The translations under genes and the position numbers were made by a program. Below are positions 1 to 12,954 of a stretch of DNA of 64,000 nt, in pieces. This DNA comes from Podarcis tiliguerta (taxonomy: Eukaryota). The notes beneath the pieces are model-generated. The model saw only the letters and a program-made list of their open reading frames with translations. It ran no database searches and was not told the origin of the DNA. The stretch lies in assembly GCA_965153285.1 (NCBI GenBank), contig OZ229110.1; one strand, 5' to 3'. Position 1 is the first letter of the stretch, and each line of letters begins with the position of its first letter.

Positions 1-297
1 CACCTCCCATGGCAATACACTTTTTCTTGGGCTGAAATTTGTTTCAAATACAGGCTTTTGAGTTGTGCAGGACCCTTTCAGATATACAGCTAATGTGTGC
101 TGTTTTGTTTCGTTTGGTCACATTAAATAGAATAATGGTGTATTATCTCAGCCTTCTGAACTTGTTACGAGGTAGAACAGCCCCTGTTTCCATGTTAGAT
201 TAACAGCCTTCCACATAGATCTTATCAGCCTTGAGTGAATTTAGCTTCTGTAGGTTCTTGGTACGATGATTGTCCTTGTATTTATTTATTTTTCAAG

Positions 298-387
298 GTC
301 ACTGTGAATACGAATATAATAGATCTGAATGAATATTTGCAACATATATTAAAGTCAACTAATATGAAGTGCCTTACTCCAGAAAAG
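298..387 (+). CDS. COPB1: COPB1 third-last coding exon ([30 protein letters not shown])
   Basis: ttttcaag|GTC acceptor and AAG|gtaata donor; 90 nt, phase 0/0; translation matches the vertebrate beta-COP C-terminal appendage sequence. Confidence 0.96.
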
Positions 388-956
388 GTAATACCTTTTG
401 CTAATAAATTATAACTCTGATCTCAAATCACAAATAAAACCACTTTCATTGAATTTAAATCTGTTCTGTTACCCAGATACATTGGCTTGGATCCTAACTT
501 CCCTTCTGTGAATGAATCGGGTTACATTCATGGAGTGGGGCTTTCCCACCTCCCTTTCCATCAGCGGCCCTCTATAACCCCCTCCCCTGGAGAATTTTCT
601 TCCGAGGTTTGGGAGACGTTTGGGTTATGTTGCTAAGAGCTACAAATGAAAGGACATTTGGCACAAATGGAAGAGCAACTTAGGATCCAAGCGATTATAT
701 GATTCTCTTTGTCTTTTGGGTTTAGAAACTGAAGGGTTTTTTAAAGTGTAATTTAGCTCCGCATTGAGTCCATGCATTTATTATTATTGAATTATTATAA
801 TTATCACCATCTGCCTTGAATCCCTTATGAGGCGCAGGGTGGGTGTGGTTGTGTCTAAGTAAATAATGTAGTTTAAGATGCTGTGTAGTGATGAGTTAAT
901 TTCAAAAAATAAATAAAATGCACTTGTAAAAGGTGTATAAAATATTGTCTTTCTAG

Positions 957-1112
957 GCACTTTCTGGTTACTGTGGCTTCATGGCAGCCAATCTGTATGC
1001 ACGGTCCATATTCGGAGAAGATGCCCTTGCAAATGTCAGCATTGAAAAGCCCATTCATCTTGGGCCTGATGCTCCAGTCACCGGACACATAAGAATTCGT
1101 GCAAAAAGTCAG
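957..1112 (+). CDS. COPB1: COPB1 penultimate exon ([52 protein letters not shown])
   Basis: tttctag|GCA acceptor and CAG|gtaatt donor; 156 nt; near-identical to the beta-COP C-terminus; overlaps track ORF 981..1166. Confidence 0.98.
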
Positions 1113-1128
1113 GTAATTATATTTTATA

Positions 1129-1487
1129 AAGGTAAAGGTACCCCTGCCCGTGCGGGCCAGTCTTGACAGACTCTAGGGTTGTGCGCCCATCTCACTCAAG
1201 AGGCCGGGGGCCAGCGCTGTCCGGAGTCACTTCCGGGTCACGTGGCCAGCGTGACATCGCTGCTCTGGCGAGCCAGAGCCGCACACGGAAACGCTGTTTA
1301 CCTTCCCGCTAGTAAGCGGTCCCTATTTATCTACTTGCACCCGGGAGTGCTTTCGAACTGCTAGGTTGGCAGGCGCTGGGACCGAGCAACGGGAGCGCAC
1401 CCCGCCGTGGGGAATCGAACCGCCGACCTTTCGATCGGCAAGCCCTAGGCACTGAGGCTTTAACCCACAGCGCCACCCCCCGTCCCT
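1129..1487 (-). mobile_element. Sauria SINE, full length, in the last COPB1 intron
   Basis: On the minus strand: tRNA-like head GGGACG..GGTGGCGCTGTGGGTTAAA, B box GGTTCGATTCC, ACCTTT-type tail; 13-bp TSD attatattttata at 1116-1128 and 1488-1500. Confidence 0.92.
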
Positions 1488-3216
1488 ATTATATTTTATA
1501 TGTCTCTTCAAATAGTCAACTCGCAAACTGACGTTACAAGTTTGAAATTTACAAATTAATATTATCTAATTGGTAAACGGGTTAATGTCTTTCTGTGTTA
1601 GGCTATCTAGGTAGAGTCGGCAACTGTGTCCTGGAATAGAGTTACAGATGAATTTCCAAGTAAACATTTGAGACATAAATCTCTATTTAGCAGGATGGTG
1701 TCTGAAATAGTTGGTTGTAAATTATGCTTTTCCAGGTGTGTGGCAAATTCTTGGACCTGTAAATACCATCGCAGTCTACTGGAAAATGTGCTCATGAAAC
1801 TGAGGCGACTCTCAGAAGTGCAATGCAAGGAGCACCAGACTTGGCTGACATTCTAGTATGTATCCAGTCCCTTCATGGACATACTAGAATGTCAACAAAG
1901 TCCACTTCTAACAATGGCTCCTTGCATTGCACCAGAAGCTATTTTTGATAGAAACTGCATTTTCCACAGAAAAAAGTTCCTCTGTGTCTCTCAACTATGT
2001 ATGGAAGAAGCAGTGTCAGAGACAGAAGTGGCGCTTTTTTGCCTCCAGCACATACTATTTAGTTCTGTGGGGGGGGGGGGTTGAGTTTGAGCATCTTATC
2101 GCTAAGAAATCTCAGAATGAGATGAAACGCTCAAGATTGCATCCAAAACTTAGGCAAGCAGAAGGACACTTATGCAATAAAGTTTCCTCACTGCAGTTCC
2201 CCATGCCGCTGCCACCTCCCCTCAAAAAAAGAAAAGGGGAAAAAAGAGGTTTCTGCTGGGGAGTTGTGAAATGAGGAAGGAATCCAGAAAAAAAGATAAA
2301 AGCAGTTTGCAGGAGGATTCACATGCATGTTGTGGATTCACATGGAAATCTGCCTTCTACTTTGGCTCAGTATTGTTTACATTGATGGCAGTGGCTCCCC
2401 AGGGATTGAGGCTCTCTGAGCCCCGCTTGGAAATGCTTCAGGGCTGAGGTTTTCTGCGTTCAAAGCAGATGCTCTTCCACCAAGCTCTCTTCCTTTTCCA
2501 AGGACCACGTCTTCCTGGGGAGCACAGTTTCCCCATCTCTGCCTTAATGCATACAGTGGTATTAAAAGCAGTGATGGAAAACTATCTGCCCACACTGCAT
2601 GATGAAAATGACCACCACTTTACAATAATCTTTTGTAGTTTGCAAAATATGCGCCAGAATGGGATAGGAAACTTCTTTTCCAGAGCCAAAGGCTGTCTTC
2701 CCTTCTCACTTCAGGAGCAGAATAGAATATTGTATCAATATCACAAAGCTCTGCCCATCTCACTCTTCATGATGTGACATATAGGAGGGAATCTGCCGAA
2801 TAATATGGTCCTTACTGGAAGGGAATGGAAATGTGGGCATTTGCTCTCAATCAAAATATAGGAATTGAATTATTACTGGGTATTTCTCCACTAAACTTGC
2901 CTTTGAGATCCCCTCCCCTCCAGTAAAGCTTCTCCATGTAACACATTCCTCCTTTAATTATGACACTCTCTGCTGCTGTCCTGGCAGCATTTAATTTGAT
3001 GAAAGATTGAAGTAGCCAATGTTGATTTAGGTTTCCCTCTGTATGAAGGGTTGCCTGCGGTATAGCTATAGAAAACAGACCTAACCTTAGAAACCCTGCT
3101 TTGAACTGTGAATGACAGCTATTTCTGGTTGGATATATAAATAGAGAAAATTGTTTCTATTGCATGTTAATAATTAATTTAGACATGTACCCATTAATCC
3201 CTCATCTCTTTTGCAG

Positions 3217-3276
3217 GGAATGGCTCTCAGTCTCGGTGACAAAATCAATCTCTCTCAGAAGAAAACTAATCTATAA
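3217..3276 (+). CDS. COPB1: COPB1 last coding exon (GMALSLGDKINLSQKKTNL*)
   Basis: ctcttttgcag|GGA acceptor, TAA at 3274-3276; matches the beta-COP terminal peptide. Confidence 0.97.
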   Translation, partial: GMALSLGDKINLSQKKTNL

Positions 3277-3521
3277 ATGTAAGATTCTTTTGATTATTTG
3301 CAGTTAAATGCTTGGAATTTCGCTTGTTGGATTCAGAACATCTTGTATTCTTCTATATTCTTTGGTTGTAGAAGCTGATCTTCTTGTGCTGAATGCATTC
3401 CAGCAAATAATTTGTAGGTTTTACTTATCACTCCAAGATCATTGTTGATAAAACTCTAAATCTACATTTTTTCTCTCTCAAATGTCTAGAAGTAATGTTG
3501 TCTTCTCTATGTACTATTTCA

Positions 3522-3532
3522 AATAAAATAAA
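3522..3532 (+). terminator. COPB1: Probable COPB1 polyadenylation signal (overlapping AATAAA x2)
   Basis: aataaaataaa about 245 nt after the stop, followed by T/GT-rich sequence. Confidence 0.7.
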
Positions 3533-5367
3533 CAAATTCTCTGCTAGTCTGGCTCTTCTGGTGCGTACTTTAATCTGCATTGTTTTTCTCAGAGATGGGG
3601 AATATTTCTTTGACCTGAGAACCAAATTCCCTCTCAGTCAACCTGGCCAAGGTATGGTGGATATGTACTATAGCCTCTCAGTTAACTAAAAAGTACTCAG
3701 AAGGCAAACATATGCTGGTATCTTTTAGAGTCCTAAGTGGTCCACACTGTGGTGAGCTTTCTTAAGTCAACAACGTGCTGTTATCAGATGCATGCAGCAA
3801 GCTGAGAAGGAACACATGAAAAGTGGGGGGGGGGGGGGATGATCAAGATTGATCCCTACTTAAGGGCAGTTGCTTCCTTCCTTCCTGGGACATGTTGGTT
3901 TACTGATGCAATATCAAGCTGTGATCAATGTGGTTATTGGGTGCTGATAACAGAGACAGTAATTTGTGCAGAACATTTTGGGCTCCACATGTTTTGAATT
4001 CAGTGTGCTGCCTTTGAGCAGAAAGGATGGAGGGGGCCTGCGCCACACGAGGTGCTAACAAGTCTAATGCAGCAGGTTTTGGGGGCAATGGACTTAGTCC
4101 AAGCACCGCACCAGATTATTTGTTTTAATTGATTTAAAAATTGTCTTTTAAAATTATTGTAGCCTGCTGAAGGGCAGGTAAGAAATTAATAAAAATCACC
4201 AACACTCTGCTTCAAAGCGTCTTAATCTGGCTAATAGAAGCCTTGTACCCAGCATTGCATTCTAAGACAAAAAAATTCAGGGCAGTTTTGAAAGCGGTAC
4301 TCAAGGCCAAAATGTCAGTGTGAGGTATTTCTTTAGGTTCTTAATTCTAGGTGTACATTCCTTGAAGGTAGTTCCTGTGAAGTCTTATCTGGTTCCCATT
4401 GGAATCTATGCCTTGTCTCAGTGTTAGGCTCTAATGGCATTTTATCAGATCACTTCCAACATATTAAAAACAAACTGTTAAACACTCTCCTGCAAGTGCA
4501 TACCAGAAATTTGTTGTGTTCCTCCAGATATGCCGGAACATCTCACATTATAGACAAGTGCACCTGGCTTTTTATGCCACCTCCTTCATAAGTGACAGCT
4601 CAGAATTTTCCTTTCCCCCCCCGGTACTCTTCCTCACACATATTCTCACTTTGGAATGTTCGTGAGATCTTAAATACTAAAATGCAAATGTTGCCATAGG
4701 AACGTTGTCGCTTTTAGAAAGGATAATTATGATGTGTCGGAGTACCAAATAAATCTGTTCTGTCAGCAGGCTGGCATGAGGAGCAGATGAAGGCATTCAT
4801 CTGTGAGTCAGTAAGGTCCATTTATTTATGGAAACGAATGCATCAACAGTGTGAGATGTGATTTGTAATTTAAGGAAGGAATGAAGAATTGCCTCTGAAC
4901 TAATCAGTGCCTTGCCACCTGTAGAGATTGGGGGGGGGGGACTCACCAAGTGTTGTCGTTAAGGGTTCTTTCCAGGATCAAATAACATTCCACAATATGC
5001 CAGTAAAATAAAGAGAGGTGGAAGAGTAGATAAGATACCTGGGTGTTGTTCATATTGATGTTCTCCGTTTCCAAATAATTGACATCACCAGTGGTTATTA
5101 ATTTTTGTTCTGTAACTTGAGAACAACTGTTCCGACTTGCTTGTTCTTGGTGAACTATACAGAAACTTTGCAAGTCAATTTATGTATTTATTGTTCAAAA
5201 GGTTTATGTTAAACTGCTTTATGTTTACAATCCTCCCCCAGAAAAAAAACAACCCAAGAGGTTGAGTCCAGTGAAATGCTAACCTCTGAGAGCACCAGTT
5301 ATAGGGTGGAATGCATTTCATGCCTGTCACCCCCAGTTGTTTTATTAAAGATGTCTAAGAATGGAAT

Positions 5368-5753
5368 GGATCGCCGAAGAATTGATGCTTTTGAATTATG
5401 GTGCTGGAGGAGACTCTTGAGAGTCCCATGGACTGCAAGAAGATCAAACCTATCCATTCTTAAGGAAATCAGCCCTGAGTGCTCACTGGAAGGACAGATC
5501 ATGAAGCTGAGGCTCCAGTACTTTGGCCACCTCATGAGAAGAGAAGACTTCCTGGAAAAGACCCTGATGTTGGGAAAGATTGAGGGCACAAGGAGAAGGG
5601 GACGGCAGAGGACGAGATGGTTGGACAGTGTTCTCAAAGCTACTAACATGAGTTTGATCAAACTGGGAGGCAGTGGAAGACAGGAGTGCCAGGCGTGCTC
5701 TGGTCCATGGGTTCACGAAGAGTCGGACACGACTAAACGACTAAACAACAACA
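5368..5753 (+). mobile_element. BovB/RTE LINE, 5'-truncated 3' fragment
   Basis: Encodes RRIDAFELWCWRRLLRVPWTARRSN...LQYFGHLMRR..LEKTLMLGKIEG (RTE/BovB C-terminus); (AAC)n tail; 11-bp TSD aagaatggaat at 5357-5367 and 5754-5764. Confidence 0.93.
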
Positions 5754-6904
5754 AAGAATGGAATCCTTCCTTTCATTGAGATTTATATGATGGTCCACAA
5801 CACAAGGTTCACCATGTTGTTGGCCTGCTTCATCAAGAACGAGTCCTGCTGGATGAACCCAAAGGTCCATCTTCTCCAGGAATTTTTTTCCAACAACGGC
5901 CAATCAAATGACTCCAGGAAGCTCACAAGGAAGGCATGATGGCAATAACCCATTCTACTAGCTCAATATACTAGAGCTAGCACATTGCATCATACATGGC
6001 ATGGGGGTCTGTGAGCACAATTGTACTAAAAATGTGCATTTGGGGGGCTTTTATCATTTTTAGCAATTTTAAATGGCTTAAGAACATAAAAGCAAGCTAC
6101 ATTTTTATTAGGATTATGTTTACAGCTCTGCATACCCTACATGATGCAATACTAGCTCCAATGAAATTAAAATTTGGGGACTTTTAAAAGAGTGTCCATT
6201 ATAAATGCCTGATTCCAACAAAGAACCTCACTTGCTAGCATCAAAACACACAAGTTAAGTAACTCTCTCCTCAGCTCCTAAATGGCATGAGCATTCATTA
6301 ACAGAGCTCCAGCTTCCTCTTTTCCTAATGCTCTCATTCATTAATGAATGCTATGGTTCTCTTAATTGTGTTTGTGCTGTCTTGGATCATTATAGGGTCA
6401 CTCAATTGAATTCTTCCCATGAGCATATCCGAGCTATTGTAGCTCATTCCACAACATGGTCATTACTGGAGGAAGCAGAACGTGTCATTTCTGAGAACAA
6501 CGTCCCTTAATTTAGATTAATTTTCAGCTATCCAAGGGAAGAGCTTGAATATGTGTCTGCTATACTGCACTGATTTTCATCCATTATTCTACAAGGAAGA
6601 GAATTAATATATTTTTGTGTGCCTCCCTACCTAAATATCATCATGGGAAAATGATCCCTGCTGACTTACTGAAATGTAGCATGTTTGACACTAGCTCAGA
6701 GATTCCAGTGACCACAACAACCTAAATCATGAATAAAGGATCTGTGGCCCTCCACAACTCCCAGCGTTCCTCACTATTGGCCATGCTCTCTGGGGCTGAT
6801 GGGAGTTGGAGTCTGGAGGGCCATTCATTCTCCAGTAGTGACCTAAATCTTGGCTTCAGAGTCAGGATAGTGGTGTAAATGTTGGGGTGTAAGAAGTTGA
6901 CGAG

Positions 6905-7268
6905 GGATGCGGGTGGCGCTGTGGGTTAAACCACAGAGCCTAGGACTTGCTGATCAGAAGGTCGGTGGTTCGAATCCCTGTGACGGGGTGAGCTCCCGTT
7001 GCTCGGTCCCTGCTCCTGCCAACCTAGCAGTTCGAAAGCACGTCAAAGTTCAAGTAGATCAATAGGCACCACTCCGGCGGGAAGGTAAACAGCGTTTCGG
7101 TGCGTTGCTCTGGTTCACCATAAGCGGCTTAGTCATGGTGGCCACATGACCTGGAAGCTGTACACCGGCTCCCTCTGCCAATAAAGCAAGATGAGCGCCG
7201 CAACCCCAGAGTCGGCCACGACTGGACCTAATGGTCAGGGATCCCTTTACCTTTACCAGGGATCCCTT
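6905..7268 (+). mobile_element. Sauria SINE, full length
   Basis: Head GGTGGCGCTGTGGGTTAAA, B box GGTTCGAATCC, CCTTTA tail; 15-bp TSD taagaagttgacgag at 6890-6904 and 7269-7283. Confidence 0.93.
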
Positions 7269-7790
7269 TAAGAAGTTGACGAGCCATAGGGATGCTTGCA
7301 CATTCCCATCTGCTTTGGATTTAACTCCTGCGCTGTGTTGCCTTTTGCATACTTTCTCCACGCACACTACAGTTAATTTTTACTATTACCTCTACTTCCA
7401 CTCATAAACAAGGACAGCTCCGATGGTTGTGGTTGTAGCCCCTAAGGTTCATCCCAAATGCTCTGCCATTTCCTGAGATACCCAACCTACTACTGCCCAT
7501 CCACACCTGCCTACTGCGTTTGGAGCTGCTCACACAAGTCTGGGTGATCAACCGGTGTTGGTGGTTTGTGAGATGTGCTCAAGACATCTGGGTGGGACCC
7601 TCTACCAAAATATCTAACATTAACAGCTTTTTGATTTCAGTAGTGGAGGGTTTGGCTTTGAGTCATGACATATCATGGGTACTCAAGAGCGAAAAGTCCC
7701 TGATCAGTCATTTCGACCACCCTTTCATATTTCGCTCCCAGCTTCATATTTTGGTGACATCTAAAAAGAGAAAATGAGGGAGCTCTTACT

Positions 7791-8043
7791 CAGGGGTCAG
7801 CAAACTTTTTCAGCAGGGGGCCGGTCCACTATCCCTCAGAACTTGTGGGGGGATGGACTATATTTTGAAGAAGAAAAAAATGACCGCATTCCTATGCCCC
7901 ACAAATAACCCAGAAATGCATTTTAAATAAAAGAACACATTCTACTCATGTAAAAACACGCTAATTCCTGGACCATCTGCGGGCCGGATTTAGAAGGCTA
8001 TTGGGCCAGATCCAGCCCCCGGGCCTTAGTTTGTCTACCCATG
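7791..8043. mobile_element. Non-autonomous hAT-type DNA transposon (MITE)
   Basis: Termini CAGGGGTCAGCAAACT ... AGTTTGTCTACCCATG; 8-bp TSD ctcttact/ctcttatt. Confidence 0.8.
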
Positions 8044-8267
8044 CTCTTATTGTTTGAAATCACCAATGTACAGCTCTAGGATTTTCAGTTCCTTTATGTT
8101 CATTGGACACTCTTTTGCTCTCTTCTTTTTTCAAATTCAAGACTGAGTAATTATTTTTGTCTAACTAAAAACAGAGAATGTTTTTTACTGCCCTTCCAAT
8201 GAAGTACCTTCCTGCAATTGAGTGATTTTTTTCAGGGAACATCCAAGTGGCAAAGGATTTTACCTAC

Positions 8268-8605
8268 TGGGGCCTTAGTTCAGGGGTAGAACATTTGCTT
8301 TGCATGTAGAAGCTCTCAGGTTTGATCAATGGCATCCCCAGGTAGGACTGATATGTTCCCAGTCTGACTTGATCTAGACCAGGGGTAGTCAACCTTTTTA
8401 TACCTACTGCCCACTAATGCATCTTTCTTGATGGTAAAATTTCCTTACCGCCCACCAGTGCTCAATGGAAGGAGGATTCAGCTTGTGCCATAGAACCCCC
8501 TACCGCTCACCTAGAATCCTGAAATGCCCACTAGTGGGCGGTAGGGGCCATGTTGACAACCTCCTATCTCGATGGACCAATAGTCTCGCTTGGTATAAGG
8601 CTCCT
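8268..8605 (+). mobile_element. Old tRNA-derived SINE with a CR1-like tail, interrupted by a hAT MITE at 8380-8565
   Basis: tRNA-like head ggggccttagttcaggggtagaacat; tail tggaccaatagtc..ggtataagg resumes after an insert with termini CAGGGGTAGTCAAC/GTTGACAACCTCCT and degenerate 8-bp TSD atctagac/atctcgat. Confidence 0.65.
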
Positions 8606-8704
8606 GGGTTGCCAAGACAACTGGACAATGTTGTGCCTTCCCATACTGTGCTGCAAGGGAAGTTTTATAGCCTCTTGTAGTGCCATGTTGGAGAACAGGG
8701 AACA

Positions 8705-9045
8705 TATACCCCTCAAGTGTCCCGCTTTTGAGTGGAGCATCCTGGAATTATAGAAACCATCCCTGCTTCTGATTGGATCTTGGGATGTCCCATTTTCTCT
8801 CTCGCAAGAGCGTGGCCCCAGAAGATGCTATCATATGAGTCACCTGACTCTCGCAAGGACACAGCCCCAAAAGATGCATGTTTTCAGGGATCACATACTT
8901 GCGTGATTCTCACAGGAGTGTGGCCACAAAAGATGCACATTTGGGGGGCAGGTCACACTCTTGTGTGAGTCACATGACTTGTGTGGGAGCACAGCTATGA
9001 AAGACGCACGTCCCAATTTTCCTTTGTGGCATGTTGGAGGGTATG
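8705..9045. mobile_element. Degenerate TIR element with internal ~50-bp repeats
   Basis: Termini tatacccctcaag ... gttggagggtatg; flanking ggaaca repeat; four diverged internal units of ctcgcaag..gtggccccaaaagatgca. Confidence 0.5.
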
Positions 9046-11185
9046 GGAACATCATGTGATCACCGCAGCAGCATTAAGACACATCTGTTTTGTCATGTTA
9101 TACTGAAAGAGACTATTGAACTATGCTCACAGCACAGGACGGGACAACAGGAAAGGTGGCTGTTCCTTGTATGACCATGGTTTTGGGGTTCTTCTGCTGT
9201 CTTCCTGAAAATTTACCTTTCCCCCCTTTCGTAATTGTTTCAGCATTGCTTATGAATGAATATTATTAAAATAAAAACATGAAGGTTTTCAAATAATGAG
9301 ACTATGTAGATACTGTACCTTTAAAGCACATTTGAAGCCTCAAAGAATTCTGGGTACTGTAGTTTGCTAAGGGTTGCTGGGAATTGGAATGCTGTGAGGG
9401 GTAAACGACAGTGCCCAGAATTATTTGAAAACATTGAGTTCTGGACATTTCTCCTGCACAAAGTCCCATGGGATCCCATTGATTTCAACTAGCCTTCCAT
9501 ATAAGAAATTCCCACTGGTGCTTTAATAATTTTTTATTTTATTTTATCTTCTGAAATTTTTATAATCAACAAAATTTAACCTCCAAGCGGTTTACGTAGA
9601 ATAATCTAAAATATTCATTTAGAAACACTGATGGAAGCAAACATCAGAAATAGACTTCTGAGTTTTCCCAGAAAAGTTGCTTCTGTGGTTATTCACCTTT
9701 CCGAGATCTCACCTGATCATGACTCAGAAGCCCAGATTGTAAAAAGGATTTCATTTCATTAGATGAAGCTCCCGGTTTAAACCTTAACAACATTAAGCTC
9801 TGGGTTGACATTTATAGGGATTCTGACTCACTAGATGAATTTCCTTTTTAAAAAGGAAAGCATATAAACTGTAAAGCAGTATGGTAAAAACTACCCTGAA
9901 GCAGTGATGGCTGACAATGATCAAGGAAAATAAGTAGAGAAGTCTGCTCAGTGTGAGCAGTTTGCTTTGTAGGAGCCCCATAGATTTCAGTTGTGTTTTT
10001 TCCATTTACACAAAACAGATCCAAACAGATTCTGTGAACCTAATTTTTGTTTTAATTTTTTTAATGAGAATGTACTGTGATTATAAGCTGCCTTGAACAT
10101 TTTTTTAAAAAATGCAAAAGCAGCTGGTAAATGCTTTAAATAAATAAGTGTGCAAGCATGCATGCATTTCAGGCTGGAAACAAACGCACCAGTTATACAA
10201 GACTGACACTCCGGATGAGATTTTAGGTGAAGGGAGATTCAAAATCCCTCAGAATTCCTGCATTATTGTTATGATTTGCCTTATGATTTCCATTGGTTTT
10301 TATAGAAATTTAAGGTTTGTGGGTGGGACGACAGAAGATGCTCATGAAACTCATGCACTGAAACTGTCTTATATTCCGAGTCAGACACAGACTAGCATGT
10401 TTCAGATGAAGGTTTTCCCCAGCCCCAGCTGGGACACAAGGGATTGAACCTGGAATTTCTTGCCAAGAGGGTGCTCTACCACTGAGCTATGGACTTTACT
10501 CTCTCCAGGCATAAGGCACAAATAAACAAATCAATAAAGTATCGTGAACAAAGTACAATGTGAATCTATTCAGTGACATAAACCAGCTCTCTGCTAGTTG
10601 AGGAGATGCTCAACTAACTGGTGTTACAAAGGGAAAAGAAAGACACCAGGAATACCACTTGAGAAGATGCAGATGTTGTCAACAAAATGTTAGTTTGAAA
10701 GGTTAGTGTCCTAGCATCAGAGAGCTGGGAAGGATCAAACCTAGTGATCAAACCTGACCATGTTTTCTCTATAGGTTCATATGGTCAACATGGCATGATG
10801 AGGCAGTGTGGCCAGATAAATTTATAGCACATTGTGAAGATCATTCCTCCCCACTCCGCCTCCATTCACTTCCTGCTGCAATTCATAGGATTCTTTCTTA
10901 ATGGAAACAAGTGACCATTTTATAGGGAAACGAGGATGCCAAAAAGCCTAATGCCATGCTTAGGGTTTGCTTAGAAACCTGATACATGGAATGCAGGTGC
11001 AGCCTGGAGGGCAGTAAATAAGTAGTTTTTAAGTGGTGGTTCTAGAGGCTGGTGACAGAGCCTTGGCAGAGGTGCCCTGCTAAGCTCTCAGACTGTATGT
11101 TCTGAAGGAATTTCCTCTTGGTTCTCTCTTGCTACTGGTACTTCCCATGCCTGCTGCTGAATCCTAAACCTCCCTCCACAATATA

Positions 11186-11618
11186 CCGTATTTTTCCATG
11201 TATAAGAATCCCCCATGTATATGACGAGCCCTATTTTTTTAAACCCAAAATTAAGAAATTAAGTTGTTTAGCTTTGGGGGGCGGGGGAGAGGTCACTTCC
11301 GCCAATTGCTCACCCGCCTGCCTGCCACTGCTGATCGCACACCTCGCCACAGCCGCCAATTGTCTGCCCTATCGCTGCCACCAACAGCCCACTCACCCAC
11401 TTGATACAGCCACCAATCACCTACCCAATTGCCGCAGCCACAGCCAATCGCCAGCAGGCCTTGCCGCAGCCACCAATCACCCGCCCAATCTCCTGCTTGC
11501 TGCTGCTGTTAATTGCATGTCCCCCCTCTGCATTCACTATCCATGTATAAGACGACACCCAATTTTTGCCCTTTTTTTAAATAGCAAAAAGCACCGTCTT
11601 CTACACGGAAAAATACAG
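11186..11618. mobile_element. Tc1/mariner-pogo type MITE (CCGTATTTTT termini)
   Basis: TIRs ccgtatttttccatgtataaga / tcttctacacggaaaaatacag; TA on both flanks; interior has gccaccaatcacc-like repeats. Confidence 0.8.
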
Positions 11619-12954
11619 TATAGGTGTGCAAATGCAAACATTTTTACAAAATCACTGAGAGTGCTCTATTTCCTCCCCAGAAAACAGATCCTTCAGAGGA
11701 TGTGTGGAAGAGTCCAGTGCTTGGGGAAAAAAGAGGGAACTCATCCATAAAGGGGCAACCTTAGCCTTCTCACTGTGCAGATGAAATCCAGCTAAAAGGG
11801 AAAAGGGCTAGAAGCTGAAAACAGCAGGGGGTGGATCCTTAGACTGGTGCTCAAAAGTAGTTGCTTATAAGGAACACAGGAAGCTGTCAGACTCTTGATC
11901 CTTTGGGCTTGGTCCTTTGTCTTCTAAGACTGGGTGCCCCTCTCCAGAATTCAAGGATCTCCCCAAGCCCTTCCTAGAGAAGATGGGGATTGAACCTTGA
12001 ACCTGAAACCTGGAGGCAAGCTGTTTTGCTATGGCCTTTCCCCAATTTTATTGTTGCAACAAAATTGCCCGAAGCGTTTCAATCATGTTTCAGCAATAAT
12101 CTTCCTTGTGGCCCTGTAAATAACTAATGTAGGTGGGATAGACATGAAAAGGAATGCAAAATATGAAAACAAATCAGTAAATGTCTATACTCTGATCAGA
12201 AGATGTACCTGATTCTGCAAAGGTAAAAAACAACAACACAATATCCAGCCACTCTCCTTTGCACACGCACACCCAATCCACTGGTATCTTTGATATTTCT
12301 TGGCATGATGCATCCAGAATGTCACGGGACTTCTCAAGAGTGTCTGTGTGCAATGCACTGTTGTTTGTGTGTGCAAGGGTCATGTTCTTGGTATCGTTAT
12401 GCCCCTCTTTCCATCCTGGTACCAGAGAAGCATGCATGATGCAGTCAAGGCACTTTTAAAGAGATACAGTGTTTAGGTACTTGTCAAACGGAGCTCCTCC
12501 ATTAATTGTGCCTCCATTTGCAGCCTGAAGCTGAGGCTTCACCCTGCCTTCTGGCAGGGCTGCTCTTGGCAGTGTCTCCTGTGCTTCCCTGTACTTGTGT
12601 CTGCCATCTGAAGATGAACTCCATTTAAATTTCATTTTGCAGGGATAAGAGCTCAAGCACGCTCTCCAAATGAAGAGAAATGATCAATTAAAGCAATTAC
12701 ACTAACATATGCCATCTCGTGCTATTTCTGTAACAACACGGACTGGGAGACATTCTGCCAGTTGTGGGGGAGAGATTTAGAAATGGAAGGGAGAATTAAT
12801 CACGCTGAAAATATTATTTCTGATGAGCAAGCTCTGCAGGGAACTGGGAAGCCACCTCTGCTGTGGGGCTTCATGGGGATAAGAGGGGGTGCAGATGATT
12901 GAATCGGGTGGAGCTGAAGCAGCAGCCAGCAGCCAGGTAGATGACACCCTGGGT

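Noticed and set aside
2069-4940. Poly-G runs of 11-14 nt (2069, 3825, 4930)
   Set aside because: Common homopolymers with error-prone length; no context suggesting function
8790-9010. Periodic repeats resembling a CRISPR array (also internal repeats at 31590-31700)
   Set aside because: Vertebrate DNA, degenerate units, no unique spacers and no cas genes
11118-11750. 210-aa ORF
   Set aside because: Runs across a MITE with low-complexity internal repeats; no transposase motifs
10395-12040. tRNA-like A/B boxes (also near 8270 and 48200)
   Set aside because: Decayed heads of tRNA-derived SINEs; no intact cloverleaf
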